Shown: one piece after another, positions 57,692-64,000 of the stretch
How the letters are laid out: the number at the start of each line of letters is the position of its first letter
How positions within the stretch are numbered: the first letter of the stretch is position 1
Assembly: GCA_963677595.1 (NCBI GenBank)
Contig: OY782041.1
Location: 256,001-320,000, forward strand
Direction: 5' to 3'
DNA from: Spirochaetia bacterium
GTDB lineage: Bacteria > Spirochaetota > Spirochaetia > CAKZLE01
Length of the DNA: 64,000 bases
Translations under genes and position numbers: made by a program
Notes under the pieces: model-generated
The model's database searches: none
Seen by the model: only the letters and a program-made list of their open reading frames with translations
What the model was told of the DNA's origin: nothing

Positions 57692-58948
57692 TTAAAAAGT
57701 AGGACTCATTACCCTGATTTCCTTAGAGTTTATTTCAAGTTCCGGACCTTTGAAAAACTCTTTCTGAATCGGGATAACTGCACCTCGTGCACCAGCATAC
57801 GAATCGTCTAGACTTGCATATTCAACTATCAGATCCTCTCTGAGAATAGGTTGAACATGTTTCTCTATGGTATCTTTGACAAGCTTGAGAAAGCTCTCTC
57901 CACAGGAGACAATACTTCCTCCGATCAAGATGGTATGGGATTCAAGAATGGTAATCAGGTTCGAGATCCCAATACCCAGGTAACGAGCAGCCTCTTCGAG
58001 AACAGGACAGACAACAGGATCGCCTTCTTTATAAAGGCTATAGATTTCCTCTATTGAAATACCTCCATCATCACCAGATCTCTTCTCCTGCAATCGATAG
58101 GCATCAATCACATTCTTGATTACGCCTCTTTCTGACGCATAGGTTTCCAAACAGCCGGAGTTGCCACAAATACACGTTTTCCCATGGCTCTCAACTTTCT
58201 GATGGCTGATAGATCCAGCATTCCCGAACCTTCCACTAATCAGTTCCCCGCTCTGGAAGATAGCGGCGCCAATACCTTCATTGAAAGCAATATATAACAG
58301 GTCATCAGTATCGATGCTTGCATGATGTCCAAACTCGATCTCGGCCAATGCCCTGCTGTCCGTGTCATTAACCAACTGCACCGGCACATGAAAACGCTTT
58401 TGAAACGGATCTATGATAGGAACATTCTTCCAATTCAAGATCCTGGGCGTCATCAAGGAGATCCCATGCACCTGATCGATAAAACCCGAAATAGAGACGC
58501 CAATACCTATGAGTTTTCTCCGATGCCTAGTGTTTGCATTGTTAAGGACTTCATCAACGGCACGTAAGATCATTTCCATGATCAAGGGAGATTCACTTCC
58601 TGTATCAATCTTGAAGCTCTTTCTTTCGATAATATTATCAGCCAGGTCGACAGCAACAATACGTATTCTTGGAATCTCGATATCGACGCCTATAGCGATC
58701 CTGGCATCAGTCTTAAGCTTATAGAGGTCAGGCCTTCTTCCTCCGATAGAATCTCCTTTTCCAATTATCTCGATATAATCATCCTGCAGCAGTTCTTTCA
58801 GTATCTTGGTTACAGTCGGCTTACTGATTCCCGACCCCATCACGATATTATCTACTGATAATGAATCTTGCTGCTTTAACAGCTTGAAAACGATGTACTT
58901 GTTGATCCGTGGGAGAAATTGGCTTTTATTATAGACTCTCTTTTGCAT
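57692..58948 (-). CDS. ROK family transcriptional repressor
   Basis: N-terminal HTH (ISKPTVTKIL), GGRRP, VNDTD, CICGNSGCLE. Confidence 0.92.
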   Translation of the reverse strand: MQKRVYNKSQFLPRINKYIVFKLLKQQDSLSVDNIVMGSGISKPTVTKILKELLQDDYIEIIGKGDSIGGRRPDLYKLKTDARIAIGVDIEIPRIRIVAVDLADNIIERKSFKIDTGSESPLIMEMILRAVDEVLNNANTRHRRKLIGIGVSISGFIDQVHGISLMTPRILNWKNVPIIDPFQKRFHVPVQLVNDTDSRALAEIEFGHHASIDTDDLLYIAFNEGIGAAIFQSGELISGRFGNAGSISHQKVESHGKTCICGNSGCLETYASERGVIKNVIDAYRLQEKRSGDDGGISIEEIYSLYKEGDPVVCPVLEEAARYLGIGISNLITILESHTILIGGSIVSCGESFLKLVKDTIEKHVQPILREDLIVEYASLDDSYAGARGAVIPIQKEFFKGPELEINSKEIRVMSPTF

Positions 58949-58965
58949 GCTACCCTTCCTGTAAA

Positions 58966-58994
58966 TACTTTACCTAAACTTATTGACTTAAGTA
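58966..58994. promoter_or_regulatory. Candidate ROK operator 1
   Basis: TACTT-N19-AAGTA upstream of the ROK gene; same layout recurs at 60115. Confidence 0.6.
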
Positions 58995-59054
58995 GGTATA
59001 CGATAATACACCTAATCCCCTACGTCAACATGTTCCCAAAGTGTTACCAGGCAC

Positions 59055-60059
59055 CTACCTTACCAGGACTGCCTTCTCCCTGAATTTTTCTATACAGGCT
59101 ATTGCCTGTAATCCATCTAAACCATTACATGGAGGGACGGTATCCTGCATGATGCAATCTATGAACTCCTGATGTTGCCTCAAACCCATCGGGATATCCT
59201 TCAATTCAGGCTTCTTCATCTCTCCATTCTTCATACACACTGCCAACGTCCCATATCCTGAACGGAGGAACGCACTCCCCTCTTCTCCATGAATCTCAAG
59301 CCAGAATCTGTTACAGTATGCGACCTGGGTCCAGCTCATCTCATGGGAGACCAGAGCCCCAGTCTCCAACCGGTATAATGCATGGGCATAGTCCTCATTA
59401 TCGGGATGGATCACTTCACCGAGTACATACCGTTCAGAAAGGATCTGTCTGGTACTGCAGGAGATTACCTCTTCAATAGCACCAAGCAGATACTGTATCA
59501 GGTCCACTCCATGAACACCGATATCGATCATAACCCCACCCTTACCACACAATCCGCTGTCATACTGCCAGGAAGAGTAATCAGATCCAGGAATTGCATT
59601 CCTGATACGTACCGAATGGATAGTTCCCAAACCGCCATCCTGCAGAAAATCCCTTATCCACCGAGATTCTTCAAAATATCGATGCATATAACTCTGGAAC
59701 AGTTTCACCCCATTACGTTCAGCAGCTTCAATCATATCAGTACATTCTTGAGAGGACGTAGCCATAGGTTTCTGTACGAATATATGCTTCCCAGCTGCAG
59801 CTGCAGCAATGGTCATCTCTTTATGCAGATAGTTTGGGGTCAATATGCATACTGCATCAATAGCCGGATCCAAGAGGAGTTCATGATAATCGGCACACCA
59901 GCCAGCATCAACGCCTGCTGCTGCCTCAGCCTTTGCCGTATCAACATCACAATATGTCGAGATATGAGCCTCAGGAATCAACCGTAACGCATTAATATGA
60001 TAACTACTGATCGACCCGCATCCGATGATTCCTATGTTTACTCTCTTACCCTTCTGCAT
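59055..60059 (-). CDS. Gfo/Idh/MocA oxidoreductase
   Basis: IIGCGSIS, TPNYLH, GKHIFVQKP, GGVMIDIGVHGVD. Confidence 0.92.
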   Translation of the reverse strand: MQKGKRVNIGIIGCGSISSYHINALRLIPEAHISTYCDVDTAKAEAAAGVDAGWCADYHELLLDPAIDAVCILTPNYLHKEMTIAAAAAGKHIFVQKPMATSSQECTDMIEAAERNGVKLFQSYMHRYFEESRWIRDFLQDGGLGTIHSVRIRNAIPGSDYSSWQYDSGLCGKGGVMIDIGVHGVDLIQYLLGAIEEVISCSTRQILSERYVLGEVIHPDNEDYAHALYRLETGALVSHEMSWTQVAYCNRFWLEIHGEEGSAFLRSGYGTLAVCMKNGEMKKPELKDIPMGLRQHQEFIDCIMQDTVPPCNGLDGLQAIACIEKFREKAVLVR

Positions 60060-60114
60060 AGCTTCTCCCCTGCAACTTGAACGTAGTATACCATCACTTT
60101 CTATTTAATGCAAA

Positions 60115-60143
60115 TACTTTTTTATATGCCTTTTACTAAAGTT
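60115..60143. promoter_or_regulatory. Candidate ROK operator 2
   Basis: TACTT-N19-AAGTT in the divergent intergenic region; shares AAATACTTT and ACT.AAGT with operator 1. Confidence 0.55.
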
Positions 60144-60293
60144 CTTTTATTTTAAAGAGATCTACGTTAGAATATAACTCAGGCAATACACAGCGGTGTA
60201 TTCTTGCGGCAAGAGGTTAGAACCATATTGCATCGATAGCTGCCCCAAAGAACTATACGCTATTGATTATTATATCCTACAGGAGGAAGAACC

Positions 60294-61328
60294 ATGAAGG
60301 CATTAGTTTTGCATAAATCCTTGGAGTTATCGATTGAGGATTTACCACTATACAAAGACCTGGGTGATAATGACATACGGATACGAATCCGAAACGTCGG
60401 TATTTGCGGCAGTGATATCCATTACGTTACCCATGGAGCCATCGGAGACTATGTCGTGAGAGCCCCCATGGTCTTAGGCCATGAAGCTTCTGGGGAAGTG
60501 ATAGAAATTGGGGAACAGGTAACATCACTACAAGTAGGCGATAGGGTGTGTATGGAACCGGGCATACCAAATCAACAGAGTAAAGAGACACGTCTTGGCT
60601 TATACAATCTGGATCCCGATGTAAAATTATGGGCAACCCCACCTGTACATGGCTGCTTATGTGAAACGGTGGTGCATCCTGAATCTCTCACATATAAGCT
60701 GCCGGATACTGTCAGTCTTGAAGAGGGGGCCATGGTTGAGCCGCTGGCAATTGGGCTGCAGGCAGTAAGCAAAGCACATATTAACCTTGGTGATATTGGA
60801 TTGGTTTTTGGGTGTGGAACTATCGGTATCATGGTTGCTCTTGCAGCTCTTGCTGGGGGCTGCAGCAAAGTCTTTATCTCTGACATCAATCAGGAAAAAT
60901 TGAAAATCTTAGAGAATTATAGGAATCTGATACCGGTTAACCCAACTCGAGAAGACCTTCTTAGTAAAGTTAACGAGGATTCTTCAAATTGGGGGGTTGA
61001 TATTGCTTTCGATGCAACCGGAGCACTCTCAATATATAAGGATATACACCGATATGTCTGTCCCGGGGGAAAGGTTGTATTAGTGGGCATCCCCCCTTCC
61101 GGATACGGGGAATTCAATATTTGTGGATTACAGGCTAAAGAAATCACCTTATCAACGGTATTCAGATATGCCCATAAGTTTGAGAAGACAATCAATCTCA
61201 TCTCCTCCGGGGATATCAACGTTAGACCGTTAATCTCTAAAATTTATCCTTTCGAGAAATGCATTGAGGCGTTCCATCATGCGGCGAACCCGGAAAATAC
61301 TGACGTGAAGATCCAGATCTCCCTTTAA
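60294..61328 (+). CDS. Zn-dependent polyol dehydrogenase (xylitol/sorbitol dehydrogenase-like)
   Basis: [44 protein letters not shown]. Confidence 0.9.
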   Translation: MKALVLHKSLELSIEDLPLYKDLGDNDIRIRIRNVGICGSDIHYVTHGAIGDYVVRAPMVLGHEASGEVIEIGEQVTSLQVGDRVCMEPGIPNQQSKETRLGLYNLDPDVKLWATPPVHGCLCETVVHPESLTYKLPDTVSLEEGAMVEPLAIGLQAVSKAHINLGDIGLVFGCGTIGIMVALAALAGGCSKVFISDINQEKLKILENYRNLIPVNPTREDLLSKVNEDSSNWGVDIAFDATGALSIYKDIHRYVCPGGKVVLVGIPPSGYGEFNICGLQAKEITLSTVFRYAHKFEKTINLISSGDINVRPLISKIYPFEKCIEAFHHAANPENTDVKIQISL

Positions 61329-61387
61329 GACCCTACATACACTGGTATGGATTTGGGATTGTCTATACCATCTTCATCAGGGATTAC

Positions 61388-61413
61388 CCCAATGGGACGT
61401 ATGTCCCATTGGG
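61388..61413. terminator. Hairpin between convergent genes near the island's right edge
   Basis: CCCAATGGGAC-gtat-GTCCCATTGGG perfect 11-bp stem. Confidence 0.6.
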
Positions 61414-61472
61414 TATGCGTCTTTTCAGGTTCCCATAGTAGTATGTAAACCCCTTTACAGTTGGGAGGTTCC

Positions 61473-62762
61473 CTACAAGCTTGAGATCATCCCCTCTGCC
61501 GCCCTGATGCCGCTCGCCCAGGCTGCGGTGATGCCCCGGCTCGTGCCGGCACCGTCACCTGCCAGGTATACCCCGTCTGCCACCTTGAAGTGTTTGTCGA
61601 GGTAGGTCGGTTTGTTCGCATAGAGCTTGATCTCAGGGTAATACATGATCGTCGATGGATGGAGGATCCCCGGCACGATGGTATCGAGGCGCTTCATCGC
61701 CTTCCAGATGCTCCGGAGGATCCTCGAGGGCATAGCCAGGGAGATGTCTCCCGGGCAGCAGCTGCGCAGGCTCGGCTCGAAGTCATAGAGGTCGGCATTG
61801 AAGCTTGCAGCCTTGGAGCGTGAACCCATCCGGAAGTCCCCTACCCGCTGCATGAGCGGCATCCCGCCTCCCATAAGCATCGCCTGGATCCCGAGGTTCT
61901 CGGCGAACTGCTGGCCGCTGGCCAGTGGTTCGGTAAGCCCCACGGTGTTCAGCATGGCGAAGTTCACCAGGCCGTTCTCCTTCCCGTGGCTCACCGAGTA
62001 GGCATGACCGTTGACGGAGTTGTAGGGAAGGCCTGATGAGGTCTTGTAGTGCTCCTTCACGACATGGGCGTTCCCGCTGTTGGTACAGAAGGTCCGGACC
62101 TTGTCGGGGAAGTGGAACTTCGGGTCGTAGTAGTCCTTCACGATCGGGTAGTGCTCGATGCGCGTCTCTACCCGAATCCCGATATCCACGATATTGTCGA
62201 TGTAGGGGACTCCAAGGGTATCGAGGGTCTCCTGCAGGAACCTGAACCCCTGCCTTCCCGGGGCAACGAGCAGCATTCCGTAGGAGATGGTACGTTTGTT
62301 CGTCTCGATCTTCCTGGCTGCTGCGTCGATGCCTATCATCTCCTCCTCGAGAGCAAGCTCGACATCCCTGGATGAGAGTTCCTTCTGCAGCTGCTTGATC
62401 AGCTTCAGCCCCCCGTCAGTTCCGAGATGGGTCTGCTTGATCTCCAGCAGCTTCGTATCGAGCCGCTCGGCCCGGTGCTGGTAGATCCCGATCCTCGATT
62501 TCGGCAGGATGGAGGGCTTGAGGAACTCCGAGACCTTGTCGAGGTACTCCTCAGCCTGGTACTCATCCCAGTACTCCTTCGGGAACCCGATGGGATAGGT
62601 GAAGTTCATCTTGCAGTCATTGCGCATACCGCCTGATGAGTATTTGAGTTTATCGAGTATGACGATACTCTTCTGCGGGACCTTCTCGCTCAGTTCGAAG
62701 GCGGTACCCATGCCCGCCGGCCCTGAACCGATGATCACCACATCATATGAATCATGCTTCAT
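61473..62762 (-). CDS. Uncharacterised FAD-dependent oxidoreductase (COG2509-like)
   Basis: IIGSGPAG, HLGTD, DIGIRVE, VRTFCTN, VNGHA, AGDGAGTSRG. Confidence 0.82.
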   Translation of the reverse strand: MKHDSYDVVIIGSGPAGMGTAFELSEKVPQKSIVILDKLKYSSGGMRNDCKMNFTYPIGFPKEYWDEYQAEEYLDKVSEFLKPSILPKSRIGIYQHRAERLDTKLLEIKQTHLGTDGGLKLIKQLQKELSSRDVELALEEEMIGIDAAARKIETNKRTISYGMLLVAPGRQGFRFLQETLDTLGVPYIDNIVDIGIRVETRIEHYPIVKDYYDPKFHFPDKVRTFCTNSGNAHVVKEHYKTSSGLPYNSVNGHAYSVSHGKENGLVNFAMLNTVGLTEPLASGQQFAENLGIQAMLMGGGMPLMQRVGDFRMGSRSKAASFNADLYDFEPSLRSCCPGDISLAMPSRILRSIWKAMKRLDTIVPGILHPSTIMYYPEIKLYANKPTYLDKHFKVADGVYLAGDGAGTSRGITAAWASGIRAAEGMISSL

Positions 62763-63597
62763 TGCAGTCTCCTGGTTGTGTTTCTGATACTCCCTCTGGA
62801 GGATTGAAGATCGTATTGCCTTCTATCGCTGATATCCTCTGCATCGAGTCGATCGAGAGGTGGAAGTCGAATATATCTATGTTCTGCTCGATCCGATCCC
62901 GGTGGGTCGACTTCGGCAGGGGGATGATTCCCAGCTGGTAGTGCCATCTCAGGACTACCTGTGAAGGGCTCTTGCCCACTGACTCCGCGATCTCGATGAT
63001 CACGGGGTCCGTGAAGATATTCCCCCGCCCAAGGGGTGCGGATGCAGACACATGGATCCCGTGCCGGTCGCAGTACCGCCTGAGGTCATCCCGAGCGAAT
63101 CCCGGGTGGATCTCCACCTGGTTGATCATCGGCTTGATATGGTTGGACTCCACGATCTCACGGAGGTGGCTGCAGGAGAAGTTGCTCACCCCGATCGATC
63201 GCACCTTCCCCTCCGCGTAGAGTCTCTCCAAAGCCATCCAGGTACTCATGGTACGCTCAGTCGGCCAATGGATGAGATAGAGGTCAAGGTAGTCGGTCCC
63301 GAGCGCCTTGCAGGAACGCTCGAACGCCTTGAGGGTCCCGTCGTACCCGTCCTCATCGAACCAGACCTTGCTGGTGATGAACAGCTCATCCCTCGGGATC
63401 TCCAACTGGCGGATCGCGGCCCCGATCTCCGTCTCGTTCTCATAGAACGAGGCGGTGTCTATATGCCGGTACCCCGTCTCATAGGCTGCCCGGATCGCCT
63501 CGAGGACAGCCGTCTTCCCATTGATCTTATAGGTCCCGAAGCCGATCGCGGGCATGGTCACCCCATTCCCGATCGGTATATCGTTAGGATCGTTCAT
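62752..63597 (-). CDS. Aldo/keto reductase (2,5-DKG reductase-like)
   Basis: GYRHIDTASFY, LFITSK, DLYLIHWP, IGVSNF, NQVEIHP, LPKS. Confidence 0.93.
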   Translation of the reverse strand: MNDPNDIPIGNGVTMPAIGFGTYKINGKTAVLEAIRAAYETGYRHIDTASFYENETEIGAAIRQLEIPRDELFITSKVWFDEDGYDGTLKAFERSCKALGTDYLDLYLIHWPTERTMSTWMALERLYAEGKVRSIGVSNFSCSHLREIVESNHIKPMINQVEIHPGFARDDLRRYCDRHGIHVSASAPLGRGNIFTDPVIIEIAESVGKSPSQVVLRWHYQLGIIPLPKSTHRDRIEQNIDIFDFHLSIDSMQRISAIEGNTIFNPPEGVSETQPGDCNEA

Positions 63598-64000
63598 CCG
63601 TTTGCTCCTTCTCTTCCTTCCTCATGCTGAACTCGCATCCGCAGTACTCCTGCCGGTAGAGCCCATATGCTTTGCTGAGCTCTATACTCCGGTAGAACCC
63701 GCCCTTCTTCTTGAAATCATCAGTGACGAACCCATCCATACCTTCAGCCTCTGCGAATATCTGGGAGGAGCGCTTGTGGGGGCTTATGGTGAGGGTCGTA
63801 GAGAATCTCGGGATCCCAAGCTCCTCAGCCTTCAGCTTCGTCCTGTACAGGCTGTATGCGAAGCAGAGGGAACAGCGTGACCCCTTCTCCGGTTCCTGTT
63901 CATACCCCTTGATGTGAGACAGCCACGCATCATGGTCATACGCATCGACCACCAGTTCGAGAGAGTAGATCCCGGCCATGCGTTCCGCCTCCCCGAGTCG
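63584..64000 (-). CDS. queH: Epoxyqueuosine reductase QueH (partial, 5' end off window)
   Basis: EPEKGSRCSLCF, FSTTLTISPHK, YRQEYCGCEFS; frame stays open to 64000. Confidence 0.88.
   Translation of the reverse strand, partial: RLGEAERMAGIYSLELVVDAYDHDAWLSHIKGYEQEPEKGSRCSLCFAYSLYRTKLKAEELGIPRFSTTLTISPHKRSSQIFAEAEGMDGFVTDDFKKKGGFYRSIELSKAYGLYRQEYCGCEFSMRKEEKEQTDERS

Noticed and set aside
58930-60075. Similar starts (MQKRV / MQKGKRV) of the ROK and Gfo genes as a duplication scar
   Set aside because: Too short to distinguish from chance

Overview
A mostly GC-rich bacterial chromosomal window, probably from a free-living anaerobic spirochaete (inferred from spirochaete-style signal peptides such as 'VWANGGQEE' and from gene content). 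About 55 CDS; I found no rRNA, tRNA, CRISPR array or transposase. In order: a panB-panC-coaC-coaB-coaX CoA operon with a pan-motif-like leader; a MelB/GPH transporter paired with an acyltransferase; a YtrA-regulated SPFH + MacB/LolCDE-type ABC + LolA-like + beta-barrel envelope operon; a Moco/Wco-type riboswitch preceding a sugar-type (CUT1) ABC system that includes a Cys-free lipoprotein with three molybdopterin-binding-like repeats (best novelty candidate: a cofactor-scavenging importer); redox/stress genes (GPx, TipA, Fur/PerR-boxed CoADR/NOX); nucleoside salvage genes; a PocR-AraC- and cobalamin-riboswitch-controlled corrinoid methyltransferase operon with a UroD-thioredoxin fusion (second novelty candidate); an AT-richer ~11.7 kb ROK-regulated catabolic island (GH1, sulfatase, Gfo/Idh/MocA, TIM-barrel isomerase, ABC, polyol dehydrogenase); and an FAD oxidoreductase, an aldo-keto reductase and a partial queH. 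All calls come from motifs read by eye; no database searches or folding calculations were run.
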